A DNA stretch of 63,752 bases, filler included, from Lenisia limosa (GCA_001655205.1; 11 parts of 11 records of this genome joined end to end with filler, not necessarily neighbours in it), one strand, 5' to 3'; shown: positions 1 through 12,899, numbered from the whole stretch's first letter. Notes: generated by a model not told the origin, from the sequence alone. Made by a program: numbers and translations.

Positions 1-114
1 GACTGGCCTGGGCTTTGTTTGTTGCTTTGTTTTTTTGTTATCAACTCTTGTCATCCAACAGAATCGATTTGGGCTTTTTTTTGTTTCATATACTTCCTTC
101 ATTTTACCCCCCAG
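1..114 (+). mobile_element. Repeat family A (introner-like), copy ending at a 3' splice site
   Basis: CTGGCCTGGGCTTTG...TTATCAAC...GGGCTTTTTTGTTTCATA...TTTACCCCCCAG, shared with 32188-32323, 48784-48928 and 60675-60823; the terminal AG (113-114) is followed by a putative exon. Confidence 0.75.
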
Positions 115-1086
115 GCCGGGATTTCTTTTGGCCCAGTAGTAGGCATGTTCATGGGAAGTGTGCGTGGTAGCTACAACGTCCTTGATGAGGAGCAGTTCGG
201 TTGGCTGGGACGTCTTCGGTAGTTGTTGTTTAGTGATTTGGGAACTTGGATGAAGATTGGGGAAAACGGTTATTTTCAAATGTTGGTTTTTTATTCTTGT
301 TTTTTTTTTGGGGGGGTGCTGTCCAATTTTNNNNNNNNNNNNNNNNNNNNNNNNNNNNNNNNNNNNNNNNNNNNNNNNNNNNNNNNNNNNNNNNNNNNNN
401 NNNNNNNNNNNNNNNNNNNNNNNNNNNNNNNNNNNNNNNNNNNNNNNNNNNNNNNNNNNNNNNNNNNNNNNNNNNNNNNNNNNNNNNNNNNNNNNNNNNN
501 NNNNNNNNNNNNNNNNNNNNNNNNNNNNNNNNNNNNNNNNNNNNNNNNNNNNNNNTCATCAGCATCATCAAAACCATCATCATCATCATCATCAGCATCA
601 TCAAAACCATCATCATCATCATCAAAATCATCACCATCATCACCATCATCATCATCATCATCATCATCATCAGCAGCAGCACCACCACCACCACCACCAC
701 CATAATCAACAACATCACCACAACATCATTATCACCACAACAGGTCCTATTGACTCAGCAATGCGCTTTTCAGAGTCATTTTCCGGAGTCCACTGCTGCA
801 CAGCCGTTCTGGTCCGATTGCCTATTGAGATCTTCCTGGTTACCCCGGTGGAAAAACCCGTGCTGGGGTTGAGGCTTCATGGTCGCGGTGGGGAGCATAT
901 ACTAATATGTATTTTTCGTAGTAATATATACACTAAACTATGATTATAATATGTGTATTATCATAAATACATGTATTATGTATCATGCATAGTAGGTATA
1001 TATATGGATCATGATTATTGTCTTTTCACGGTTCAGGTTCTGCAGAGTCCTCAGGAGCGCTTTCTACCTCTAAAAACACCATTGAT
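115..1086 (+). CDS. Internal exons of an intron-rich gene; possibly a degenerate class III nucleotide-cyclase C-terminal subdomain
   Basis: Exons 115-199, ~743-880 and ~1036-1086 join in phase to AGISFGPVVGMFMGSVRGSYNVLDEEQFGPIDSAMRFSES..., which resembles the cyclase motif GIxxGPVVAGxxGxxRxxYxVxGxxVNxAxRxES. An N-gap lies between the first two exons. Confidence 0.3.
556..735 (+). repeat. (CAT/CAC)n trinucleotide low-complexity tract, intronic
   Basis: Direct inspection; it produces the spurious poly-His/Ile/Ser/Met ORFs. Confidence 0.95.
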
Positions 1087-1339
1087 GGTCGGAGGGAGGG
1101 GAAGGGGTGCAATCCTAATACGATTTTAGACAAAATTGACAGAGAACATGATATAACTACAATATATGATACATATCGATATATCATATGATATATATAG
1201 ATATTTGATGACAATCCCACTATTTACGGTTTAAGACAAAATTGCTGTCGCGACCCCCCTGAGTGGAATGAGTAGTTGGAGCACCCTTCCCGGTGCCGTT
1301 GCTGCCCATACCGTGAACTGGCAGAAAAGGTTTCTTGGC

Positions 1340-1560
1340 GAGGTTAGTGGTAGTGGATATTGATGGTAGTGGTATTGTTGTTGGTGGTGGTGAATGTGTT
1401 GTTGTTGATGATGATGATGACTTAGGTGACATTGTTGTTGTTGGTGGTGATGATTGTGAGGATGATGATTTTGGTGATATTGATGATGACGGGGCTGTTT
1501 TAAAGGTGGCGAGATGATGATAATGACGGTGTTGGTGATGTTGGAAATGATGATTACTTC
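1340..1560 (+). repeat. (GAT/GTT/GGT)n trinucleotide low-complexity tract
   Basis: Direct inspection. Confidence 0.9.
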
Positions 1561-1711
1561 GACAATATCAGTTGGCTTGGAGGGGGGGGGGAGGCTTTGA
1601 ATTTACTATTTGTCTGTGTTTTTGAAGCAAGAATGACAAAAAAATTAACGCAACACTTGGAGAATATTGTAATATTTAGTTTAATTTAGCAATAAATACC
1701 AGGAACACCTC

Positions 1712-1801
1712 GGGCATCCCTTCGGTTCGAAAAAAACCGAGGAAATATCGATAGTTTTCGAGGATTGTATCGAGAAATTCCTTCGAACCGAAGTGAAGCC
1801 C
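1712..1801. mobile_element. Repeat family B palindromic MITE
   Basis: TIRs GGGCATCCCTTCGGTTCGAAAAA ... TTCGAACCGAAGTGAAGCCC, internal ATATCGATA. Confidence 0.8.
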
Positions 1802-1951
1802 AAGGGACCACAAAATCACATGCATCATTCTTCCATCATTCTTTCATTATACTCATTATTCAGCGTGAAAACACCTCAGTTAGTCCTCTGCAGGTTTGAG
1901 GAGTTTTGTATTTTGCCCCCAGTAGATATTTTCTAGATAGCCTTTAGTGTA

Positions 1952-2045
1952 ATGGCTTCCCTCTGGTCCGAAAAAGACCGTCTTAATATCGATATTTATC
2001 GACGATTTATCGGGAAATTCAGTCTTTTTTGGGACCATAGGTCTA
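1952..2045. mobile_element. Family B MITE (GGTCC subfamily), degenerate
   Basis: GGCTTCCCTCTGGTCCGAAAAAGACC ... GTCTTTTTTGGGACCATAGG. Confidence 0.7.
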
Positions 2046-2727
2046 AGTATAACATTTTTTTAGTATGCCCTCATGACCTTGCGGATGGTGATGCTCCAGC
2101 CCGGCACGGTCTCAAGTGAACCGCTTTTTAAGGTAGGGGGGAGCTTTTTGTTTTTTTTTGTTAATGTTTTTGAGGTTGCATTTTTGTTTTCGTTGGTTTG
2201 TATTGTCTTTGTTTTATTCTTCTTGTTATTGCACTTCTATGTGATACTGTGGTAAGGTGACACGTAATTGAGTGTGAAGAGGAAAGCTATGCTGGCTTTT
2301 CTGGTCAGATCTCTCTGAGATCCGGACCAAAGCCACAAAGCCCTATCATATATTAATACAGTCTCTCTAATTCTAACAACTGAACTTGAAAATAGTCTCT
2401 CTAATTCTTCATAGAATCCTGATATAATCTGGTAGAATTATGAAAGAATATGGTCAGCAGACCATTTCATGCATAACTATTTTTTGGAAATGGTTGTTCT
2501 TGTTTGGGGGTGTCATTTTCTCCCCGCTTAGTACGTAATAAGGAGGAATTGAGACATTGACACCCGAGGTTGTTTGTTCAATATTTGTTGTGCCATATCT
2601 CAAATAAAAACGATGTTAACCACACTTTTGCAGCTAAATCGTCTTTATTTTTGTCTTTATTGTCTTTATTTTTTGTCTGTTTTTGCCCCCCACCCCTCCG
2701 TCAGCCAACAGAGTTTGTTTCATAAAT

Positions 2728-2818
2728 TAGGGCTTCCCTGCTGTCCAAAAAGACCGGTAAAATATCGATATTTATCGACGAGAAATGCAGTCTTTTTTGG
2801 GACCGTAGGGAAGCCCTA
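2728..2818. mobile_element. Family B MITE with TA at both ends
   Basis: TAGGGCTTCCCTGCTGTCCAAAAAGAC ... GTCTTTTTTGGGACCGTAGGGAAGCCCTA. Confidence 0.85.
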
Positions 2819-3331
2819 ATGATACGTTACAAGACACTGGTACTACAGAGAACCCTGATATTGCAGAATCTTTCCTCCTATCCCTCCTTTGAAAATATTG
2901 ACCCCAATTTTTTACCCCCCCCCCCCCNNNNNNNNNNNNNNNNNNNNNNNNNNNNNNNNNNNNNNNNNNNNNNNNNNNNNNNNNNNNNNNNNNNNNNNNN
3001 NNNNNNNNNNNNNNNNNNNNNNNNNNNNNNNNNNNNNNNNNNNNNNNNNNNNNNNNNNNNNNNNNNNNNNNNNNNNNNNNNNNNNNNNNNNNNNNNNNNN
3101 NNNNNNNNNNNNNNNNNNNNNNNNNNNNNNNNNNNNNNNNNNTCTCCAACGCTCTATCTTAGTTTCTGCCCGTTTTTTTTTTGTTTGTTTTTCCTGTCTT
3201 CGTTTCCTTTTTTTTTTGTGCGTTAAGCTGTTTATTTGTTTTCTCTGATGTATTTTTAGTATTATTTCCTTTTTGGGTCATTTTCAGTTGATTAATTTTA
3301 TTTGATTTTGCTTAAATTATTATGATATTAA

Positions 3332-3383
3332 CTGTACCTTCCAGGGGCTCGGGCTCGGGGAGATTTTGGGGGGTCCACAGTGG
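3332..3383 (+). repeat. Repeat family D copy
   Basis: CTGTACCTTCCAGGGGCTC...GGGGAGATTTTGGGGGGTCCACAGTG; also at 37489-37537, 54263-54346 and 58779-58847, with a fragment at 14684-14712. Confidence 0.75.
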
Positions 3384-3388
3384 ATTAT

Positions 3389-3446
3389 GGCAAATGATTG
3401 GGTGAATTAATAATACTATAATTAAATATCATAAGCGTGGTGGTGT
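3389..3446 (+). repeat. Repeat family C, partial copy running into a gap
   Basis: GGCAAATGATTGGGTGAATTAAT...ATAAGCGTGGTGGTGT. Confidence 0.75.
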
Positions 3447-4498
3447 NNNNNNNNNNNNNNNNNNNNNNNNNNNNNNNNNNNNNNNNNNNNNNNNNNNNNN
3501 NNNNNNNNNNNNNNNNNNNNNNNNNNNNNNNNNNNNNNATAAAAAATCCTATTCTTTTATGGCAATTGAGATAGAAGGAAACTTCACCAAGTGGCAACGA
3601 TACATACACGGTCATGACATAAACCCTATTTAGAATCCTGCTAAACTGTTGTCACCATCGTATGGTAACGACTGGTATGCACATGCTCAATCTTGAGAGT
3701 GAACATTCATTGACCTTCAGTGCAATTCCAAAGGGGGGGTACAATTGGAACATTTATGAAGGATTGATTGAGGTGAGATACAAAAAAGGGTATCTGGCGG
3801 AATATATGCATTGGTATACAATAAACAAGTAAGAGGTGACTCAAGTTCCACACCATCACGATCGTGGATTATCAGGGGAAAGCTAGAAAAATCTCCTTTG
3901 TACTGAGTGCTAATCATAGAGTCACGCAAAAAAAAGGAGCAAAATACAAAAGACCCCGGGAATCGAACCCCCCCCCCCCNNNNNNNNNNNNNNNNNNNNN
4001 NNNNNNNNNNNNNNNNNGGGTAGACAAGAGTTCATATTCTCCAAAACCGAGACGTAAACGAAACTGCTTCCTGGCCGGAGTTAGAATTTCGGCTTTAAGA
4101 AAAAAGTTTTTTTTTTGCGTCTCAATAAAGAGTGATAGAAGTAATATATTTAGAACAAAATTGAAAATAGAAGGTTAATTTTGATAAAGAGTGATAGTGA
4201 AAAAGTGGTATTGTAGAACAAAATTAACAACATAAGGTTTATTTTTGCGACTACTGACGTTTTCATAAAGAGCCGCCCCATTTAATGAGCTGTATTTGTT
4301 TGACCATTGAAGTTAATCACAAGATGGGAATACTGTTTTTGGTTTAGACTCAATTTATGGGAATCCTGTTTCTGGTTTAGACTCAATTTATGGGAGTCTT
4401 GTTTATACATGTCATGCTTTCGTTAAATATTTTCTTTATCTAATCTTGTATAAGGTCTGCTTATAGTTCTTTTTGTCGATATCACTACATTAATACAC

Positions 4499-4612
4499 CT
4501 GGCCAAAGCTGTCCACACCCTCACGCTATCCAAGATATTGAATTATAGTATTATTCATTTACTCAATCATTTACCTTACAACTCTTTGAACACAGCTTTC
4601 TGCGTGCCTCCC
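4499..4612 (-). repeat. Repeat family C, full-length copy
   Basis: Reverse complement matches 59407-59522 (GGGAGGCACGCAGAAAGCTGTG ... GTGGACAGCTTTGGCCAG). Confidence 0.8.
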
Positions 4613-5561
4613 TAGCACATATTCTCTCACCCATTCAAGTAAAACCCACACCACTTCCTACCTCCCCAGAAAAACAGGGTGTTTCGCGAGTTGGAAAAGC
4701 CATGAATTCGGTTCTTCAGCACCTGAAAAGTAAAGGGGAATGTTGAAATAACCTCGATAAGGTCAATAGATCACCCTCTGTAAGTCTCTATTGAAACTAA
4801 GATCATTAAGACAGCAGTTATATGCTCTGAACTTTGTGTAGCGTCTCAATAAATCCGATAAATCCCTTCAATATCGCGACAAAGAGCACCTCTTTCCCAG
4901 GGCTTCAGAAAAAAAAGATGGATTTCTCGATAAATCTTCTAGAATTTTAGATATATGCTTCGGTATTTACCCTAGGCGCGATATTGTGAATGTGAAAGAT
5001 CAATCTCCCCGCCCCCCCATTACTCCCACATTTTCCACATGGGGTGTGATGTAATACGGGGTGTTGGTGTCTTCNNNNNNNNNNNNNNNNNNNNNNNNNN
5101 NNNNNNNNNNNNNNNNNNNNNNNNNNNNNNNNNNNNNNNNNNNNNNNNNNNNNNNNNNNNNNNNNNNNNNNNNNNNNNNNNNNNNNNNNNNNNNNNNNNN
5201 NNNNNNNNNNNNNNNNNNNNNNNNNNNNNNNNNNNNNNNNNNNNNNNNNNNGAGTAAAACAGAAATTTATGCAACAAAAAACAGAAACTGTTAAGTTTTT
5301 GGGAAATACACAAGTACATATCTTGAACTGCATAACACAAATCCCCCCCACAGGCCATAACAATTGCGGTATAGTAGCTGATTGTGGCACTTTTCACGTT
5401 AGAAACTCCCTAAAGGCCGTAAAATGACTTTCAAAAAAGGGGGGGACGGGAGGGTAGATATCCCACCGGTCATAAATCAGGTGGAAATCAGAAATCAGGT
5501 GGAAATCAGAAAAATTGNNNNNNNNNNNNNNNNNNNNNNNNNNNNNNNNNNNNNNNNNNNN

Positions 5562-5573
5562 TTAATTAATTAA
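5562..5573. other. Artificial contig-join spacer TTAATTAATTAA (stops in all six frames). Also at 28833, 38873, 42296, 43777, 48729, 52718, 56529, 60619 and 62328
   Basis: Identical 12-mer flanked by ~44 N on each side, ten times in the window. Confidence 0.97.
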
Positions 5574-6150
5574 NNNNNNNNNNNNNNNNNNNNNNNNNNN
5601 NNNNNNNNNNNNNNNNNCGTTTATATTCTGAAATGAGGCAATGTATAACCCCCCAGACTGGCATGACGACAACCATCTCCGCAAAGTGCTGTATGGATGC
5701 AGCTGTACACCTCGACTCGTCCCTTGAAAAGCCAGAGTTTGACCCCTACTGCTACTAACTTACCAACCTTATTTATCGTGTCTTTTTTTGAAGAATCGAC
5801 ATTTTATAGAATTCATTCTCTAAAAAAAAGGTGATAGTACNNNNNNNNNNNNNNNNNNNNNNNNNNNNNNNNNNNNNNNNNNNNNNNNNNNNNNNNNNNN
5901 NNNNNNNNNNNNNNNNNNNNNNNNNNNNNNNNNNNNNNNNNNNNNNNNNNNNNNNNNNNNNNNNNNNNNNNNNNNNNNNNNNNNNNNNNNNNNNNNNNNN
6001 NNNNNNNNNNNNNNNNNNNNNNNNNNNNNNNNNNNNNNNNNNNNNNNNNNNNNNNNNNNNNAATAACCCTCCTTCCACTCTCAGAAAAACACCTTCGTCA
6101 CCTCCAATACTTCTGTTGTTGACTGAACCGCAAAGAATACATATGACATG

Positions 6151-8625
6151 CTACTCGGCAGGGAAGTAAATGACAGAACAGAAGTTATCCACAACCTATA
6201 GAGGTCAAAAACTTTCAATATACAGGAAGTAAAAGACAATAAGAAATAACCCTGAATGTCAAGACTCAGTCTTTTTTGAACCCAAACCGCAATCAAATGT
6301 AAATTTTGGAGATCTGAAATGAGTTACCCCCCCCCCCCAACAGGAANNNNNNNNNNNNNNNNNNNNNNNNNNNNNNNNNNNNNNNNNNNNNNNNNNNNNN
6401 NNNNNNNCATAATGTTAACAAACTGGTTGTTGATGTGCGGGATGGCTTTCGGTAAAACAGTTTTCTATAGTATCAGTGCAAACCTGCCGCAAAAAAAAAG
6501 GTAAATTGATAATTCCAGAAGTTTAGAAGCAAAAGCAGCCACAAACACAAACCTCTGAAAGCGTTGTGTCAAGTGACTCAAGAAGGTGAGCAAAAGCCGC
6601 ATCAAGAGACCGCGTAATCACAGTTCGGAAGTTGGCGCTAATGAGGAGTAAGCTTGGTTCTCTTCCTTTCATGATTGAATATGATAAGATGACACGTTGA
6701 ATTAAAAGAATTACCATTGAAAAGTACGTCTGTGTAACCCTGTAACAGATTTCTTCTTACCCTACCCTCATCGAGTCATATTGAATAGAGGTTTCATTCA
6801 CTGCACTTCCTACTGACAGCCACCTCACCTGCAAAACACCTGATTTGCTTCCTCCAAAAGGGCGGACACCGGATTCGGGTCTAAGTGGGTAAAAGAGTTG
6901 AAATATGAATCATATATTTCAAACAATTGCCATTACTTCTCACAGTAATTGCTGGAGAAAATGCAACCTTCCATTCACATACCAGTTTCATCATTAACAT
7001 TGATACAGAGCAATTTTGCTAACGGCGAAGCTTCCCAGTCCCCGATTCTACAAGGCTGTTAGAAACAATTTGAATCAAGAATAGATCTACCGCATGTGAT
7101 GTGTGAAATTATCCTTTTTTTTCTGAAATCACCCCCCCCCCCCAACTGAGATTCACTAGCCGGGAGNNNNNNNNNNNNNNNNNNNNNNNNNNNNNNNNNN
7201 NNNNNNNNNNNNNNNNNNNNNNNATCACGTCCTCCAATGTTCCTGACGTGATAGCATCTTTCAGACTGTACCTGCAATTTCACAATGTCAGGGGGGGGGG
7301 GGGAGTATCGCCAACTAATCAGTTTGGCCTCAACTCACCTTGCCATTATCTTCCGGGCCTCCTCCTCAAGAACAGGTGCCAACTGCCTGCACGCGTCTAA
7401 GCATGACTCCACATTGCCGTTCAACACGGTCTCACGGACCAACCGCGGGGCCTGACTCTCCTGTAACCAGTTAAGAATACGGTGGGATTTATGTGTTATA
7501 AATTATTGATATCACACTTCGAAAGGGTCTATTTATTTTAAAAAAAAACTCCTGTTTCCAAACGTTGTAAATATTCCATTTAAAACTGCTGACCTGGTCA
7601 TCTTATGGTAAAAACTATGATTTGCATTATTTTGAGATAAAACAATCATTAGATATAATGTACCAACTGAAGGAGTGTTCCGATGAAACTCAAAAACTTA
7701 CATCATCATCATCTAATCGGCCTTCGGAAGCATCGGAAAATAGGGCTGCTCCAATAATCGCATATTGTATCCGAGTTCGAATGGTACAGAGCGTCATAGC
7801 ATACACGGCAGCAAGGGTCCTGGCAATAGCTAGAAAATTAGGGCATGCTGTATTTGCAAGGGAACGCTGCTTATTGAGGTGAGTTGTGGGACGAATATAC
7901 TATCCAAACAAAACAGCCCATACCTAAGCACTTAAGATGATCCCAATCAGCGTAGATCTCTGCCTGTTCCCTGTCTTTCTGGGTCTTAATAGCTCCAACT
8001 AGTTTCTAAAATGTTCAATAAACAAATAGCTACATATATGATATCTATTGTAGAGCATCACCAAAGACACCGCAGCAATAAAAAAGGGTTTACAAAAGAC
8101 ACCACAGCAATAAAGAAGGGTTTACAAAAGACACCGGAGCAATAAAAAAGGTTTACAAAAGACACCGGAGCAATAAAAAAGGGTTTCAAATTTGTCGCTA
8201 AAGCATATGCTTTAAAATTAAATCAATACTTAAACTTCAAGGGTCATAAAATCATACCTCCACATCAAGATCTTCAGCAAGGGTGTCAGCAAGCTGCGAG
8301 AGGATTGAAAGCGATGCCGAGTCCGCAGATTGTACTGTTTGACTAAAATGGAGCCGTAGACTGGGAGAATATTAAAGAAGGTAGCTTACGCGGTGAAAAA
8401 AGAAGGGAAACCATAATCTTACCGGGAGTATAAAGCTTCTTTCTGTCTTTTTTCATTAAGCTCATTGGTACGAGCCATGTCTTGATGAGCCCACCACCAT
8501 CCAATGCCAATTCCTAATAAAATGAACACAAAAATAAAGATCCAATGAAACATACCGACGCCAACAAGACCACCAACAGCTACAATAGCCTTGTGGCGCT
8601 TTGCCCAGCGAAATAGCGAGGACAT
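6151..8625 (-). CDS. PEX3: Peroxisomal biogenesis factor 3 (peroxin-3), multi-exon
   Basis: Spliced peptides follow PEX3 collinearly: MSSLFRWAKRHKAIVAVGGLVG; LRLHFSQTVQSADSASLSIL; EIYADWDHLK; IARTLAAVYAMTLCTIRTRIQYAIIG; SALLEEANQVF; SANFRTVITRSLDAAFAHLL; LPKAIPHIN; VVDNFCSVIYF*. Confidence 0.88.
8062..8186. repeat. ~32-bp minisatellite, 4 copies, in a PEX3 intron
   Basis: ACAAAAGACACC(G/A)(C/G)AGCAATAAAAAAGGGTTT units. Confidence 0.9.
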
Positions 8626-8927
8626 TTTCTTCACCAAAGTACCTTGTTTTCCTCCCTTAATTTAGTCTTAATATATTATTAACAACAACTAACAGAACAA
8701 CTAATATGTCTTCAATTGAAGAATGAAGAATCCCAACACTTAAATGATCGGAGGATCGTGTTTCCCGCCATGTATGTTCTGTTGCGAAGCTCCTTCTCTT
8801 CTTCCAGTCTTCTTCACAAAGTACTTTAAGACTTAAAGATCCACCTTCAAGCCTTTAAGACCAGAAAATTAACACCAACTCACCAAATAACGGAGAAAAT
8901 AAAAGCAACTCCGACATATTCTGAACA

Positions 8928-11900
8928 ATGTCATCGCAAAGTCCTTCGCTGTCCTCATCCGAGGAGATCAAGGCTGTCCTCTCAAAGGCGGTTGACCTTT
9001 GTGTAAATTGTGGGTGAAATCGGGGGGGGGGNNNNNNNNNNNNNNNNNNNNNNNNNNNNNNNNNNNNNNNNNNNNNNNNNNNNNNNNNNNNNNNNNNNNN
9101 NNNNNNNNNNNNNNNNNNNNNNNNNNNNNTAGTTATTGTGGAAAGCAACGACAGAAGGTATGGAGGATGGCATTATTAACAAGAGTATATATTCTCGACT
9201 CAAACGTTTTTAAGAGAATAATTGAAAAGATTTGGTTATTTTGAATGTATCTCTTCAGCCACTAGTTTTGGATTATTCTTCTCACACACAGTCCTGATAC
9301 TCGTGTCGTGAACTTTGCCTCTCCAGACGCCCTAAGAGCCCAGCTTGATTTGGCTCTTCCTGAAGCGGGTGTTGGCCTCAACCCCGGACTAGAGGGTGGG
9401 AAAGCTGTTACACAATGTGAAGTTTATGATCGAACATTGGCATGACTATTCACTACAATTCTAACTTTGACACGTTGACAGGTCTTGTTGATTCCATTGA
9501 GAAAGTAATGAAGCACTCAGTGAAAACCGGGCATCCAAGGTGGGTCTTTTATGAGATATAAATAAACTGATTACAAGGAATGCTGAATGACTTTTTAGGT
9601 TCTTTAACCAGCTCTGGGCTGGAACTGACCTCGCCGGTAAGGGTTGAACTGGGCATACATCCATTTGATATGCAAATCATTGGCATTGATAAAAGGGACA
9701 TGCTCTTTTTGAAAATTTTAAATCAGATTATGTCATCGTACAGTGGCTGTGGTAAATCTTGACCGATATAATCAAATTACCGTCTTGAAAATCTGTCAAG
9801 TCTTACCACCGTCAGTGTACCCCAGGGCTGGACAGTTCTCTTGGTGTGGATAACAACCCTCATGGGATCAGGCATTATCGGGGAGTGGCTCACTGCTGTC
9901 ATCCACTCGTCTACGTACACTTTTGAACTTGCACCCGTATTTTCACTGTGAGAACCTGCAACCGTCAATTTACATTTCACAGTAATATCATATTCATAGC
10001 AGGGTGCCAATCCAGAAAATTGTCACGTCATCTTTTAACTACGTTTTACTAGAATTTAAGGAAGATTTTGGTCAGTTTGATGGCTATAATTGTGGTTTAT
10101 CCGACCAGTTTCTGGGTTAGCACACTGCTTTAAGTAGTCCTGCACATTTGAAAATCTTGAGAATATTTTGTTTATTATTTTTTTGATGATATTTGATATG
10201 ACAATGTGTTGGGCTTTTGATGATATTTGATATGACAATGTGTCGGGCTTTTTTTTTTTTTTTTTTNNNNNNNNNNNNNNNNNNNNNNNNNNNNNNNNNN
10301 NNNNNNNNNNNNNNNNNNNNNNNNNNNNNNNNNNNNNNNNNNTGAAATCGTGAACCGACTCCTTGACGTTGTTGGCTGGACCGTAAGGGGGTAACAGAAT
10401 AGGATTGACTTGAGTAATAGAGGAGGAGGATAGGGATCTTTGAAGCTCAACTTTAATATATTAATTGCAACTTTCTATTCATTTTGTCAGTACGTGACAC
10501 TATCACTTGGTTTTAATTGTTTCAGGGTGGAGATGGTGCCTTCAACCCTGGGGGATCCTTCAACAACCTTATCTCAGTATTGACTGCTCGAAACACACGC
10601 TGGCCTGAGTCAAAGGAAAAGGGCTGGATGGCTCTCCCAAGTCCTTTGGCAATCTTCACATCCACTAACTCGCACTACTCAATCAAGGTTTGTCTTTCAA
10701 TGATGACATATCTTCCTAATGAATGATCACTATTTAATAATATCCGTTGTATCTAATGGTAAACAAACACAATATTCTTAGATTCCCGTATTCCCTTACG
10801 TAACTAAGTGTAATGCTTCATCATTTTCAGAAATGCATATTCCTTCTAACTTTTCGTAGAGGGCAGCCAACGTCTTAGGACTTGGAACTGCATGTGTTCA
10901 TGAGGTGGACGTAGACGCCGAAGGCTGCATGGACATGGCTGACTTGCGTGGGTGATCAATATATCAGTGAAGTGCTCTTGTGAGGCATCTTTTCACTTCG
11001 CATTTATAAGATCTTGTCATGTTACACTGGCAGTTAAGTTGAAGTTGAGGCATGTCACTTATTTCACAGCCTGAAAAACTAATCAACCAGGGAAATGCAT
11101 TGAAGCCGCCCGTATCAATGGTTTCACCCCTTTCTTTGTCAATGCCACGGCAGGAACAACAGTTCTAGGCGCGTTTGACCCCTTCAAGGAAATTCGAAAT
11201 GTAAGTGGGTTATTGGAAGCATGCGGACTCATTAAGAAAGAATTGACTCTTCTTTTTTTTTCAAATGTCTGCAGTAATCAATCCAGATTTGTGACGAGTA
11301 CAACATGTGGATGCATGTTGATGGGGCTTGGGGGGGTTCAATCTTCCTGTCAACCAAACACAAGAAACTCCTTCAAGATGCCAACTTGGCTGACTCTATT
11401 ACATGGTGCACTGTATGATGGGTCTGCTCTTTATTGTTCATGAGTGATCTCAGAGTACCACGTACTTTAACTGATAAAGAGGGGAGTTTGGTTGGCACTT
11501 TTGGAGATCAATTGCGATTAGTCCCTATTGTAATTTTTCAGCACAAAATGATGGGAATTCCCCTTCTTGCTACTGTTATTCTCACCAAAGAAAAAGGCCT
11601 GCTTTCTGGTTGGTGCTAAGTCCGTCTCAATCACCTCCCACAGCTTCCAACGCCTCTCATGCTAAGTATCTTTTCCATGACGGGCCCGAAAAAGCCTACG
11701 ATCTCGGTGATAAGTTGGTGGAGACTACTGCATTATCAAACATGTGAATAGACTATGTTACATATATTACACCATCTCATCGTATCAGAACGTTATCATG
11801 TGGACGTCGTCAAGATGCTCTCAAAGTTTGGCTCTCGTGGAAGGCACAGGGCAAACTGGTGAGCAAGTTTTCTTTCTTGAAATGATATTAGCACATACAA

Positions 11901-12854
11901 CATCCTGGTATTTTCTCAAGTATTTGGGTGAAAACGCTTTCTTTGGAAAGTTGTGTGCTACTTTTCTTTAAAGTTAATACTGAGTCCTTTCCGTGTCCTT
12001 TTGTTGGTCACCCTTATATATTTAGGGATTTGAGGCGAAGATCGACAAGCAGTTTGACAACATGACCTTCCTCGTCAATGAAGTTAGTGGAAATACGATG
12101 ACTTGTGTGAATGACTTTCGCTGTTTTCAGGGCTTCCCACTCATCCTCAACAGTTGATTGGATGATTCTCAGATATCTACTGGAGAGACTTGGTGAAATA
12201 TAAAAAAAATATGCCTTTAATCAGCCAAGTGCTACACCTTATTACTCTAGTATTTTCGCTTGATTTCTCACTTTCTTCAGATGAAGAAACGTGGCCCATA
12301 TTATCAGATTCTCTGGAAGCCGCAAAGTCTGGCTCTGGCGTTTTGGTGTGTCCCTCCTTCCCTGCAGTATGTGGGATCCAAAGAAAAGATCAGTACAATA
12401 TCGGCATGTCGTTCTTCCCGATCCATTCCTCACCATCTCCTAAATTCTATCAACCTAACGTCACAAGATCGATGTCTGAGGGTTCGGAAAGAAATGCCAA
12501 ACTGGGAGAAATCACTCCTAAGTTGAGACGCCTAGTCCAGGAAGACGGAAGAATGCTGGTGGGTGTCACAAAGTCACTATCCATCAAAAGAAAACTGTAA
12601 TATCCGTGTTTTGAGCACTGTTTACCCCTCAGCTGAACTTCCAACCGATCAAGGGTACTGGACGCAAAGATATTCCTCCTTTCTTTAGGTCAGTTACTGG
12701 ACCTGTTTTGTCTTTCACTTTCGTAACTATTAACCTCCACCAACACCATTCATTCATTATGGTGTTCAGATTTGTTCTTGCCAATCCCGAGACCACCACT
12801 GATGACCTTCTCTGGTGCCTTGACAACCTGGAATCCCTGGCGAAGGAATTCTAA
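8928..12854 (+). CDS. Group II PLP-dependent decarboxylase, animal-type GAD/CSAD/GADL1 family
   Basis: Many exons giving [85 protein letters not shown] (PLP Lys at 11545-47), [36 protein letters not shown]...LAKEF*. Confidence 0.95.
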
Positions 12855-12899
12855 ATAGGTTTATTTATTAGAAACAAAGATGTTATTTTCTTTTTGAAT

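Noticed and set aside
223-943. Poly-His, poly-Ser, poly-Met and poly-Ile ORFs
   Set aside because: Translations of a CAT trinucleotide tract plus an N-gap, apparently inside an intron.
3950-3979. tRNA-like fragment (minus-strand GGGTTCGATTCCCGG, a perfect B-box)
   Set aside because: The 5' part lies in a gap, the sequence beyond the gap has no A-box or acceptor stem, and the 3' flank gives no normal acceptor strand.
8758-8770. E2F-like site TTTCCCGC in the PEX3/decarboxylase spacer
   Set aside because: A single 8-mer. The same word occurs inside coding sequence at ~15925, so it is not distinguishable from chance.
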